From Brevundimonas sp. (lineage in GTDB: Bacteria; Pseudomonadota; Alphaproteobacteria; Caulobacterales; Caulobacteraceae), in the NCBI RefSeq assembly GCF_036399195.1, contig NZ_DASWNO010000175.1:1-33551 (forward strand): DNA of 33,551 nt, written 5' to 3'. Shown here piece after piece: positions 1 through 8,737 of this stretch. The translations under genes and the position numbers were made by a program. Below the pieces are notes generated by a model, which had not been told where the DNA came from, searched no databases, and worked only from the letters and a program-made list of their open reading frames with translations. Position 1 is the stretch's first letter. Every line of letters begins with the position of its first letter.

Positions 1-888
1 ATCGACGCCCTCGCCGAACTGTATCCGCACATCCCGGTCTGCATGCACCAGGACCACGGCAACGGCCCCGCCACCTGCGCCACCGCCATCCAGTACGGCT
101 TCACCTCCGTGATGATGGACGGCTCGCTGATGGAGGACGGCAAGACGCCGGCCGACTACGAGTACAACGTCGCCGTGACCAAGAAGGTCGTCGAGATGGC
201 CCACGCCTGCGGCGTCTCCGTCGAGGGCGAGCTCGGCGTGCTCGGCTCGCTGGAGACCGGCATGGGCGAGAAGGAGGACGGCCACGGCTTCGAGGGCAAG
301 CTGGACCACTCGGCCCTGCTGACCGACCCGGATCAGGCCGTCGACTTCGTGCGCGAGACCCAGGTCGACGCCCTCGCCATCGCCATGGGCACCAGCCACG
401 GCGCCTATAAATTCAGCCGCCAGCCCGATGGCGACGTGCTGGCCATGAACGTCATCGAGGAAATCCACCGCCGCCTGCCCGACACCCATCTGGTCATGCA
501 CGGCTCGTCCTCGGTGCCGCAGGACCTGCAGGACATCATCAACCAGTACGGCGGCCAGATGCCCCAGACCTGGGGCGTGCCGGTCGAGGAAATCCAGCGC
601 GGCATCAAGCACGGCGTGCGCAAGATCAACATCGACACCGACAACCGCATGGCCATGACCGGCGCGATCCGCAAAATCTTGTCCGAGAAGCCCGGCGAGT
701 TCGACCCGCGCGCCTATCTGAAGCCGGCCAAGGAGGCGATGCGCAAACTCTGCCAGGAGCGCTTCGTCCAGTTCGGCTGCGAGGGCATGGCCTCGAAGAT
801 CAAGCCGCTGTCCACCGCCCAGATGGCCAAGCGCTACGCCTCGGGCGAGCTGAACCCGCAGACGGGCGGGATGTCGGCGGCGGCCTGA
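1..888 (+). CDS. fba: Fructose-bisphosphate aldolase class II (5' truncated by window edge)
   Basis: Frame open from base 1 ([20 protein letters not shown]). Motifs [51 protein letters not shown]. Confidence 0.96.
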   Translation: MDALAELYPHIPVCMHQDHGNGPATCATAIQYGFTSVMMDGSLMEDGKTPADYEYNVAVTKKVVEMAHACGVSVEGELGVLGSLETGMGEKEDGHGFEGKLDHSALLTDPDQAVDFVRETQVDALAIAMGTSHGAYKFSRQPDGDVLAMNVIEEIHRRLPDTHLVMHGSSSVPQDLQDIINQYGGQMPQTWGVPVEEIQRGIKHGVRKINIDTDNRMAMTGAIRKILSEKPGEFDPRAYLKPAKEAMRKLCQERFVQFGCEGMASKIKPLSTAQMAKRYASGELNPQTGGMSAAA

Positions 889-918
889 GTGCATCCCCGA
901 CCCGGGCTGCTATCCCTC

Positions 919-1049
919 CTCGTCCTTCCGGGGCCGCGAAGCGGAACCCGGAATCCAGGAGATCGGGCTGCGACGCCTGAAGCATCTGTTTGCCTTACCC
1001 TGGATTCCGGGTTCTGCCCCGGCTTCGCCGGACCAGCCCCGGAAGGACG
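919..1049. repeat. CGTC-ended palindromic intergenic repeat (CIR/REP-like), copy 1
   Basis: Outer IR CGTCCTTCCGGGG (921-933) / CCCCGGAAGGACG (1037-1049). Inner perfect 16-bp IR GAACCCGGAATCCAGG (944-959) / CCTGGATTCCGGGTTC (999-1014). Lies between convergent genes. Confidence 0.92.
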
Positions 1050-1064
1050 GCGGGGAGCGGGATC

Positions 1065-1700
1065 CTAAACTGGATACCGTGCCGACAGCTCGAACCGCAC
1101 GCGGTCGGCTTCATCCCGCGCCCACTCAAGGGCCCGCTCGGCGTCGCGGGCGCGCCGCCTCGCCTCGCGCAGCTCGCCCCGGACCTCCACAATACGCTCA
1201 CGGATTCGCTCCCGCTCGGCGTCGGTCTTCCCCTCCTCGCCGAGCTCGCGCTGCTTGGCCTGAAGCTTGTCCTCCCGATCCTCGATCCATGACACGGCGC
1301 TGTTCAGTTCGGACGACGCCGACTCGAGCGCGGACTCGGCGGCGTGAAGACGCGAGCCGTCGCGGAAGGCGGGCAGAAAATCGGCTTCTTCCTCCGGCTG
1401 GCACACGCCGTGGTAGCTGCGTCCGCGACGCCCCTCCTCGAAACCCCGCTCCAGGCGGCAATAGCCGCGCAGCCCGTCCTCGCGCGCCGAGCGGTAGGGC
1501 GTCACATCCGGCGCGACCCCATGCTTGGCGCACGCCTTCGCGTGGTCGTCCAGCCGGCTCATCGGCAGGCCCGCGGACCCGTCCCGCAGCCCCTGTCCGC
1601 CCCAGTCGCCGACGAGGCACTGGTCCTCGCTCATCGTCGCGCAGCTCCCGAGCAGGAGCGCGCTCCCCCCGACGGCGACACCGATCATCCACCTGTTCAT
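1065..1700 (-). CDS. DUF2799-like lipoprotein with C-terminal coiled coil
   Basis: Lipobox LLLGSC, then ATMSEDQCLVGDW..G..DG, C..HGV and YC motifs typical of DUF2799. Start taken at MNRWMIG. Confidence 0.75.
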   Translation of the reverse strand: MNRWMIGVAVGGSALLLGSCATMSEDQCLVGDWGGQGLRDGSAGLPMSRLDDHAKACAKHGVAPDVTPYRSAREDGLRGYCRLERGFEEGRRGRSYHGVCQPEEEADFLPAFRDGSRLHAAESALESASSELNSAVSWIEDREDKLQAKQRELGEEGKTDAERERIRERIVEVRGELREARRRARDAERALEWARDEADRVRFELSARYPV

Positions 1701-1757
1701 CTCGACCTCCCCGGCTTCCACCGTCCCCCGTGGTGAAGCTTCGTGCTAGGAAACGCC

Positions 1758-2759
1758 GTGGCCGATGAACAGACGCTGACCGACGACGACGAGCCGATCG
1801 CGCTTCAGGCCCGCTACGACGGCCCGCCGGTGCGTCTCGACAAGGCCTTGGCCGACGCCTTTCCCGGCCTGTCGCGCGCGCGGCTGCAGGCTCTGCTGGC
1901 GCAGGGGGCCGTTACGCATGACGGGCTTCCGGTCTCAAGCGCTTCAGCCAAGGCCACGCCGGGCCTTTACGAGGTCCTCGTCCCGCCCGTGGTCGCCGCC
2001 GATCCTCGGCCCGAGCCGATTCCGCTGACGGTGCTGTTCGAGGACGCCGACCTGATCGTCATCGATAAGCCCGCCGGCATGGCCGCCCACCCCGCGCCCG
2101 GCAGCGAGACCGGCACCCTCGTCAACGCCCTGCTCGCCCACTGCGGCGCGACCCTGTCGGGCATTGGCGGGGTCGCCCGGCCGGGCATCGTTCACCGGCT
2201 CGACAAGGACACCTCGGGCGTCATGGTCGCCGCCAAGTCCGATCGCGCACACGCGGGCCTGTCGGCCCTGTTCGCGACGCACGACATCGAGCGAACCTAC
2301 ATCGCCCTCACCCGCGGCGCGCCGAGCCCGGCCAAGGGGCGGATCGAGACCCTGATCGGCCGCTCGTCCTCGGACCGGAAGAAGATGGCGGTGCTTCGCA
2401 GCGGCGGCCGCAACGCCGTCACCGACTATGCGGTGCGGCAGGTCTACGGCCTTGCCGCAAAGCCCGGCGGCGCGCCCATGGCCGCCAGAGTCGCCTGCAC
2501 CCTGCACACCGGCCGCACCCACCAGATCCGGGTGCATCTCGCTTCCAAGGGCGCTCCGATCCTCGGGGACGCCGTTTATGGCTCAGGCAGTCCGGCGGCA
2601 GCCGTGCGCGCGGCCATCGCCGAAGCCGGGCTGACGCGGCAGGCTCTTCACGCGGCGGTGCTGGGTTTCATACACCCGGTCACGGGTGAAGCCCTACGCT
2701 TCGAGACCGCACCTCCGACAGACATGGTCAAGCTCGAGCGCTTACTGCAGGCCCTCTAG
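1758..2759 (+). CDS. rluD: RluA-family 23S rRNA pseudouridine synthase (RluD-like)
   Basis: S4-like N-terminus RLDKALA..SRAR, GIVHRLDKDTSG with catalytic Asp, TGRTHQIRVH, QALHA. GTG start approximate. Confidence 0.92.
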   Translation: MADEQTLTDDDEPIALQARYDGPPVRLDKALADAFPGLSRARLQALLAQGAVTHDGLPVSSASAKATPGLYEVLVPPVVAADPRPEPIPLTVLFEDADLIVIDKPAGMAAHPAPGSETGTLVNALLAHCGATLSGIGGVARPGIVHRLDKDTSGVMVAAKSDRAHAGLSALFATHDIERTYIALTRGAPSPAKGRIETLIGRSSSDRKKMAVLRSGGRNAVTDYAVRQVYGLAAKPGGAPMAARVACTLHTGRTHQIRVHLASKGAPILGDAVYGSGSPAAAVRAAIAEAGLTRQALHAAVLGFIHPVTGEALRFETAPPTDMVKLERLLQAL

Positions 2760-2780
2760 ATCTCCACATCGTCCAGCGAC

Positions 2781-3083
2781 ATGACCGACATCACGAACAA
2801 CGAAGACACCCATCGCTACGAACTGCCGGTCGGGAGCGACGTGGCCGTCATCACCTACAACCTCTCCGGTCAGAACCTGATGATCACCGAGACCCTGGTG
2901 CCCCGGGCGCTGGAAGGTCAGGGGATCGCGAGCCGGCTGACCAGGCACGTCATCGCGGACGCCCGGGACCGCGGCCTGCTGATCCTGCCGGTCTGTCCCT
3001 TCTTCGCCGCATACCTGCAGAAGCATCCGGAGAACGCCGACGTGGTGCATCCCACCTACCGAGAAATCCTCCGCCTCGCGTAG
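2781..3083 (+). CDS. Small GNAT-family N-acetyltransferase (YjdJ-like)
   Basis: TETLVPRALEGQGIAS and ILPVCPFFAAYLQKHP motifs, 100 aa. Confidence 0.85.
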   Translation: MTDITNNEDTHRYELPVGSDVAVITYNLSGQNLMITETLVPRALEGQGIASRLTRHVIADARDRGLLILPVCPFFAAYLQKHPENADVVHPTYREILRLA

Positions 3084-3089
3084 TCAGTC

Positions 3090-3118
3090 TTGATAAAAGA
3101 CCCACCCTCTGATATACA
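3090..3118 (+). promoter_or_regulatory. Candidate housekeeping-sigma promoter for rpoH
   Basis: TTGATA-17 nt-TATACA in an AT-rich patch upstream of rpoH. Confidence 0.55.
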
Positions 3119-3176
3119 GCCTTCATTCGGTGCGTGGCGCCGGGGCAACGGTCACGCTTCGGTGTGACGATCCGCC

Positions 3177-3206
3177 TCTGACAAAGGCGGAAACCCGTCC
3201 CTATTT
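3177..3206 (+). promoter_or_regulatory. Candidate sigma32 (autoregulatory) promoter for rpoH
   Basis: TCTGAC...CCCTATTT (3199-3206) resembles the alphaproteobacterial RpoH -35/-10. Confidence 0.45.
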
Positions 3207-3290
3207 CATCGGTTGAGGGGTGAGGCGACGGCGCACAATTGGGTGGCCGCCTCCGAAGAACCCGCTCTTTTTGACGGTCGGAGGGACCAT

Positions 3291-4178
3291 ATGGCTGTAG
3301 CTAGATCACTCGCGGTGATGTCGCCTGAACAGGGGCTCTCGCGATACCTGACGGAAATCCGCAAGTTTCCGATGCTGGCGAAGGACGAGGAGTTCATGCT
3401 CGCCAAGCGTTGGACCGAGCACCAGGACCCTGAGGCCGCCCACCGTCTCGTGACGTCTCACCTGCGCCTCGTGGCCAAGATCGCCATGGGCTATCGCGGC
3501 TACGGCCTGCCGATCGGCGAGGTGATCTCGGAAGGCAACGTCGGCCTGATGCAGGCCGTCAAGAAATTCGATCCGGACAAGGGCTTCCGCCTGGCGACCT
3601 ACGCCATGTGGTGGATCCGCGCCTCGATCCAGGAATACATCCTGCGCAGCTGGTCGCTCGTGAAGATGGGCACCACGGCGGCCCAGAAGAAACTGTTCTT
3701 CAACCTGCGCAAGGCCAAGAGCCAGATCTCGGCCTTCGAGGAAGGCGACCTGCGGCCGGAACATCTCTCCGCGATCGCCACCAAGCTGGGCGTGTCCGAG
3801 GAAGAGGTCACCAACATGAACCGCCGCCTCGGCGGCGACGCCTCGCTGAACGCGCCGCTGCGCGCCGACGGCGAGAGCGAGTGGCAGGACTGGCTGGCCG
3901 ACGACACGGCTGTCTCGCAAGAGACCCAACTCGCCGAGAGCGAAGAGAAGTCGATCCGCATGAGCCTGCTCCAGGAGGCGATGCAGGAGCTGACGGACCG
4001 CGAGAAGCACATCCTGACCGAGCGCCGGCTCAAGGACGACCCGGTCACGCTGGAGGAACTGGCGGGCCAATACGGCGTCTCGCGCGAGCGCGTCCGCCAG
4101 ATCGAGGTGCGCGCCTTCGAGAAGCTGCAGAAGGCGATGCGGGCCGCCGCCGAGGAACGCAACCTCGTCGACGTCTGA
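3291..4178 (+). CDS. rpoH: RNA polymerase sigma-32 factor
   Basis: LVTSHLRLVAKIAMGYRGYG, RLATYAMWWIRA, RpoH box QKKLFFNLR, GVSRERVRQIE. RBS GGAGGG before ATG 3291. Confidence 0.97.
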   Translation: MAVARSLAVMSPEQGLSRYLTEIRKFPMLAKDEEFMLAKRWTEHQDPEAAHRLVTSHLRLVAKIAMGYRGYGLPIGEVISEGNVGLMQAVKKFDPDKGFRLATYAMWWIRASIQEYILRSWSLVKMGTTAAQKKLFFNLRKAKSQISAFEEGDLRPEHLSAIATKLGVSEEEVTNMNRRLGGDASLNAPLRADGESEWQDWLADDTAVSQETQLAESEEKSIRMSLLQEAMQELTDREKHILTERRLKDDPVTLEELAGQYGVSRERVRQIEVRAFEKLQKAMRAAAEERNLVDV

Positions 4179-4202
4179 TCGGACGGCGATCCACCACGGT
4201 CA

Positions 4203-4231
4203 CGGCCCCCTCGCGGGGGCCGTTTTCGTTT
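4203..4231 (+). terminator. Intrinsic terminator of rpoH
   Basis: CGGCCCCC-TCGC-GGGGGCCG followed by TTTTCGTTT. Confidence 0.85.
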
Positions 4232-5466
4232 CAGGTCACCGCCGCCGCCGTCTGATAGCGCTCGTCCCGCCAGCTTTCGCTGTCGAGGATGTCCGCCAGG
4301 ATTTCCACGGCGTCCCAGACATCGGCGTACCGGACGTACAGCGGCGCGAACCCGAACCGGATCACATCGGGCCGCCGGAAGTCCCCGACGACCCCCCGCG
4401 CGATCAGATTCTGCATCACCGCCCAGCCGTTCTCACAGGCGAACGAGACCTGCCCGCCTCGTTCGGCGGCGTTCCGGGGACTGGCCAGCGTCAGCCCATG
4501 CCGCCCGCAACGCGCCTCGACTCGGTCGATGAACAGATCCCCCAGCGCCCCGGCCTTGGCCCGGACCGCGGCCATCTCCACGCCCTCGAAGGCGTCCAGA
4601 GCCGCGTCCAGCGCCGTCATGCTGAGCACCGGCGGCGTTCCGCACAGCCAGCGCGCGACGCTTGGCGCCGGTGCGTAGTCGTCGATGAAGTCGAATGGCC
4701 GGGCGTGTCCCATCCAGCCCGACAGCGGATTCTGCAGCGCCGCCTGATGTCTCTCCGCCACGAAGACGAAGGCCGGCGCGCCCGGCCCGCCGTTCAGGTA
4801 CTTGTACCCGCACCCCGCCGCCAGATCGGCCCCGTCGCGGTTGAGCGCGACATCCAGCACGCCGCAGCTGTGGCTCAGGTCCCAGAGGCTCAGCGCGCCC
4901 GCCTCGCGGATCAGCGCATTGGTCGCCGCCATGTCCCGCACCGCGCCGCTGCGGTAGTGGACGTGGCTCAGCAGAACCATCGCGGTCGTTTCGTCCAGCG
5001 CCTCCGCCATCCCCCCAGGCTCCACCGCCCGCAGCTCAATGTCGGGGGCCAGGGCGGCCAGACCCTGCAGGATGTACAGATCGGTCGGAAAGTCCCCGCG
5101 TTCGATCACCACCGCCCGGCGCTCCGGCGGCTGCGCCCGGACCGCCGCGGCGGCGAGCTTGAACAGGTTCACCGAAACCGAGTCCGCCGCCACGACCTCA
5201 CCGGCTTCCGCGCCGACCAGTCGCGCAACGCGGCCCCCGACGCGTTGCGGCATCCCGATCCAGTCGTGCCGGTTCCAGCTGGCGATCAGGTCCTCGCCCC
5301 ACTCCCGCTCGACCGCCCCCCGCACCCGTTCCACCGCCGACTTCGGCAGCGCCCCCAGCGAATTGCCGTCCAGGTAGATCACGCCCTCCGGCAGGCTGAA
5401 CCGCTCGCGGGCGAAAGCCAGCGGATCGGCCGCATCGAGTGCGAGACAGGTCTGGCGCGTGGTCAT
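4231..5466 (-). CDS. kynU: Kynureninase
   Basis: DPL..R..F.LP, YLDGNSLG, WDLSHS.G, GCGYKYLNGGPGAP (PLP Lys), GWMGH, RFGFAPLY. Confidence 0.95.
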   Translation of the reverse strand: MTTRQTCLALDAADPLAFARERFSLPEGVIYLDGNSLGALPKSAVERVRGAVEREWGEDLIASWNRHDWIGMPQRVGGRVARLVGAEAGEVVAADSVSVNLFKLAAAAVRAQPPERRAVVIERGDFPTDLYILQGLAALAPDIELRAVEPGGMAEALDETTAMVLLSHVHYRSGAVRDMAATNALIREAGALSLWDLSHSCGVLDVALNRDGADLAAGCGYKYLNGGPGAPAFVFVAERHQAALQNPLSGWMGHARPFDFIDDYAPAPSVARWLCGTPPVLSMTALDAALDAFEGVEMAAVRAKAGALGDLFIDRVEARCGRHGLTLASPRNAAERGGQVSFACENGWAVMQNLIARGVVGDFRRPDVIRFGFAPLYVRYADVWDAVEILADILDSESWRDERYQTAAAVT

Positions 5467-5551
5467 GCAAGGCTCCGGTTGCCGGACGGCTGACGCTCTC
5501 TACAGTGCCGAGCGCGCCGGAGGAACGGCGACCGACGAGGCCGGCTCTTCC

Positions 5552-6475
5552 ATGCGTCCTGCGATGTCCCTGCTGTCCATCCTGCTCGCCCTCGGCGCGT
5601 GCGCGCCTCAGCCGCCGGTCCTGCCTGATCCGGTCGAGACCCGGCAGCCGATCACCTTCAGCCAGCTCCTGGCCATGCCCCGGCAGGCGGCCGACCACCG
5701 CATCGCCTACGGAGCCGACCCCCTGCAGTTCGGCGAGTTGTGGCTGCCGCGGACCGGCGGCCGCCACCCCGTCATCGTGCTGATCCATGGCGGCTGCTGG
5801 CGAGCGGACCTGCCGGGCCTCGAGCTCATGGACTACATGGCCGCCGACCTGCGCGACCGGGGCTACGCCGTCTGGAACATCGAGTACCGCCGGATCGGCC
5901 ACCCGGACGGCGGCTATCCCGGCACGTTCACGGATGTGGCGGAGGCCCTGGATCACCTGAGGACGCTTGCCCCAACGCATGGCCTCGACCTGCGCCGGGT
6001 CGCCGTCTCCGGGCATTCCGCCGGGGGCCACCTTGCGCTCTGGGCCGCGGGGCGGGATCGCCTGCCCCCATCCAGTCCCCTGCATGCGCGCCCGCCGCTC
6101 CCGGTGCGCGGCGTGGTGTCTCTCGCCGGCATCGCAGACCTCGCCGCCTATCGCGCGACAGGCCCCGACGCCTGTGGCGGACCTTCCACGATCGACGGAC
6201 TGGTCGGCGCGCCCGGGACCGAGGGACGCGACGTCTTCGCCGACACCTCCCCGCCTGCCCTGCTGCCCCTCGGCGACCGGCAGGTCGTGATCTCCGGCGC
6301 CCTCGACCACATCGTGCCGCCGACGTTCGGACAGGCCTATGCGGAGACGGCGGCCGCTCGCGGCGATGCGGCGACCTCGGTGGTTCTTGCCGGCGCGGGT
6401 CATTTCGAGCTCATCGACCCGACCTCGGCCAGCTGGCCTCGAGTGGTCCGCGCCTACGATGATCTGCTGAAGTAG
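5552..6475 (+). CDS. Alpha/beta hydrolase (HSL/BD-FAE-like), predicted lipoprotein
   Basis: Lipobox LGAC, HGGCW oxyanion motif, GHSAGG nucleophile elbow, D..VP and GHFE. Confidence 0.88.
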   Translation: MRPAMSLLSILLALGACAPQPPVLPDPVETRQPITFSQLLAMPRQAADHRIAYGADPLQFGELWLPRTGGRHPVIVLIHGGCWRADLPGLELMDYMAADLRDRGYAVWNIEYRRIGHPDGGYPGTFTDVAEALDHLRTLAPTHGLDLRRVAVSGHSAGGHLALWAAGRDRLPPSSPLHARPPLPVRGVVSLAGIADLAAYRATGPDACGGPSTIDGLVGAPGTEGRDVFADTSPPALLPLGDRQVVISGALDHIVPPTFGQAYAETAAARGDAATSVVLAGAGHFELIDPTSASWPRVVRAYDDLLK

Positions 6476-6479
6476 CGGC

Positions 6480-7286
6480 TCAGCCCGCGCGGGCCAGAGG
6501 CTCGACCTGGTGCATCGCCAGCAGGCCGCCGATGGGCGCGGATAGCGTCTCCTTGGTCGCGGGTCCCGACGCGAGGGTCACCTCCAGCGCGCCGACCGCC
6601 ACCACCAGTCGGCTGTCCGAGGCCTTCATGGCCACCGCCTTCAGGTTGGACGCCTGTTCCCGGATCGCCCGCACCGCCTGCATGGGATCGCTGTCGAACT
6701 TGTCCAGCGCGGCCGCGAGGATGCGCATCGCCTGATCCTTGGCGGCCGCCAGCGCCTCCGCGCCCGTGGCGGGCCTGTCGGCCTTGCGCTTGCCGGGGCC
6801 GGAGAACTCTCCCGAGTTGAACCGCCGCCGGTCGGGACCGATGTAGCCGATCGCCTCGACCCAGTCCCGCGGCTTCAGCGCCACGTTCTCGACCCGACGG
6901 AACAGGTCCGCGGTCGTGTAGGGCTTCCTCAGGAACTCGTGGATGCCGGCGTCACGCGCGCCCTTGATGGTCGAGGCGGTCGCCTCGGCCGTCACCATGA
7001 TGATGGGCGCCTTTCGGCATTCGAAATGCGACCGTCGCAACTTCCTGGCCAGCGCCTCGCCGTCCAGTCCGTCACCGCTGCGTTCGGTGAAGACGAGGCC
7101 CGGCTCCAGCCCGGCGGCCTCGGCCATGGCGCGCGCGCCATTCGGCTGAACCACGATCTCGGTCGAGCCCAGGCCCTTCATGATGTCGGTCATCAGCCGC
7201 GCGGCGTGCGGATTGGGGTCCACGATCAGGACGCGTTTGATCACCGGTCCCAGCCTGGCCAGCACACGACGGTCGACAGCGAACAA
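6480..7286 (-). CDS. cleD: CheY-like c-di-GMP effector, CleD-like pseudo-receiver
   Basis: Receiver fold (RVLIVD...APIIMVT...EFLRKP) followed by Arg-rich YIGPDRRR..FSGPGKRK, typical of Caulobacter Cle proteins. TTG start with GGAGGG RBS. Confidence 0.75.
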   Translation of the reverse strand: MFAVDRRVLARLGPVIKRVLIVDPNPHAARLMTDIMKGLGSTEIVVQPNGARAMAEAAGLEPGLVFTERSGDGLDGEALARKLRRSHFECRKAPIIMVTAEATASTIKGARDAGIHEFLRKPYTTADLFRRVENVALKPRDWVEAIGYIGPDRRRFNSGEFSGPGKRKADRPATGAEALAAAKDQAMRILAAALDKFDSDPMQAVRAIREQASNLKAVAMKASDSRLVVAVGALEVTLASGPATKETLSAPIGGLLAMHQVEPLARAG

Positions 7287-7314
7287 GGGGACCCCTCCAA
7301 TTCCGGCGTCATGC

Positions 7315-7344
7315 TTAACCGACGCGGGTTAAGGCTCGTTGAAC
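7315..7344. promoter_or_regulatory. Candidate CtrA binding site upstream of the cleD-like gene
   Basis: TTAA-GGCTCGT-TGAAC (7329-7344; 1 mismatch to TTAA-N7-TTAAC) plus a TTAACC half-site at 7315-7320. Confidence 0.55.
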
Positions 7345-7359
7345 GCCGAAACCTGGGTC

Positions 7360-8655
7360 TCAGCCCCGGAAGGGGTCATGCATCATGATGGTGTCGTCGC
7401 GCTCGGGGCTCGTCGACAGCAGGGCGACCGGCGCCCCGATCAGTTCCTCGATACGGCGGACGTACTTCACCGCATGGGCGTTCAGGTCGCGGAAGCTGCG
7501 CGCCCCCGCCGTGCTCTCGCTCCAACCCTCCAGCTCCTCGAACACCGGCTCCGCCGCCGCCTGCGCCGCCAGGCTGGACGGCAGGTAGTCCAGCACCTCG
7601 CCGCCGATCCGGTAACCGGTGCAGATCTTCAGAACCTTCAGCCCGTCCAGCACATCCAGCTTGGTCAGGGCGATCCCGTCGATGCCGTTGATCGCCACCG
7701 ACTGCCGCACCAGCACCGCGTCGAACCAGCCGCAGCGCCGCGCCCGGCCCGTGTTGACCCCGACCTCGCGCCCGACCGTCGCCAGATGCTCGCCCACCGC
7801 GTCGTTCAGCTCGCAGGCGAACGGCCCCTCCCCCACGCGCGTGGTGTAGGCCTTCACGATCCCCAGCACATAGCCGACGCCCTTGGGCCCAATGCCCGAC
7901 CCCGCCGCCGCCTGTCCCGCGACGGTGTTGGAACTGGTCACATAGGGATAGGTGCCGTGATCGACGTCGAGAAACGCGCCCTGCGCCCCCTCGAACAACA
8001 CCCGCTTGCCCGCCTTCTGCGCCTGATCCAGCACCCGCCAGGCTGGCTGCACATAGGGCAGGATCTTCGGCGCGATCTCCAGCAGCGAAGCGAGCAGCGC
8101 CTCCGGATCGATCGGCTCCAGCCCCAGTCCCGCCCGCAGCGGGTCGTGATGCGACCGCAGCCGCTCGATCTTGACCTTCAGATCGTCGACGTTGGCCAGA
8201 TCGCACACCCGGATCGCCCGGCGGCCGACCTTGTCCTCATAGGCCGGGCCGATGCCGCGCCCGGTGGTGCCGATCCGCGCGCCGGGCGCGCTCGCCGCCG
8301 CCTCGCGCGCCACGTCCAGGGCCGGATGGATGGGCAGGATCAGACAGGCGTTGTCGGCGACGATCAGCACCTCGGGGCTGATGCGCACGCCCTGAGCCTC
8401 GATCTTGTCGATCTCGCCGACCAGATGCCAGGGATCGACGACCACGCCGTTGCCGATGATCGACGGCTTGCCCTGCACCACGCCCGACGGCAGCAGCGCC
8501 AGCTTGTAGACCTTGCCGTCCACGACCAGCGTATGCCCGGCGTTGTGCCCGCCCTGGAACCGCACGACCATGTCGGCGCGGTTCGACAGCCAATCGACGA
8601 TCTTGCCCTTGCCTTCGTCGCCCCACTGGGCCCCGACCACCGCGACGTTCGCCAA
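7360..8655 (-). CDS. purA: Adenylosuccinate synthetase
   Basis: [65 protein letters not shown] start. Confidence 0.98.
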   Translation of the reverse strand: MANVAVVGAQWGDEGKGKIVDWLSNRADMVVRFQGGHNAGHTLVVDGKVYKLALLPSGVVQGKPSIIGNGVVVDPWHLVGEIDKIEAQGVRISPEVLIVADNACLILPIHPALDVAREAAASAPGARIGTTGRGIGPAYEDKVGRRAIRVCDLANVDDLKVKIERLRSHHDPLRAGLGLEPIDPEALLASLLEIAPKILPYVQPAWRVLDQAQKAGKRVLFEGAQGAFLDVDHGTYPYVTSSNTVAGQAAAGSGIGPKGVGYVLGIVKAYTTRVGEGPFACELNDAVGEHLATVGREVGVNTGRARRCGWFDAVLVRQSVAINGIDGIALTKLDVLDGLKVLKICTGYRIGGEVLDYLPSSLAAQAAAEPVFEELEGWSESTAGARSFRDLNAHAVKYVRRIEELIGAPVALLSTSPERDDTIMMHDPFRG

Positions 8656-8737
8656 GACTGTTCTCCGCTGCCCGGGATTTCGGGATGCGGGCGCAGCCTA
8701 TAGCGGGGGAATCGGCGGGTGTCGTCCCGAGGGCCGA

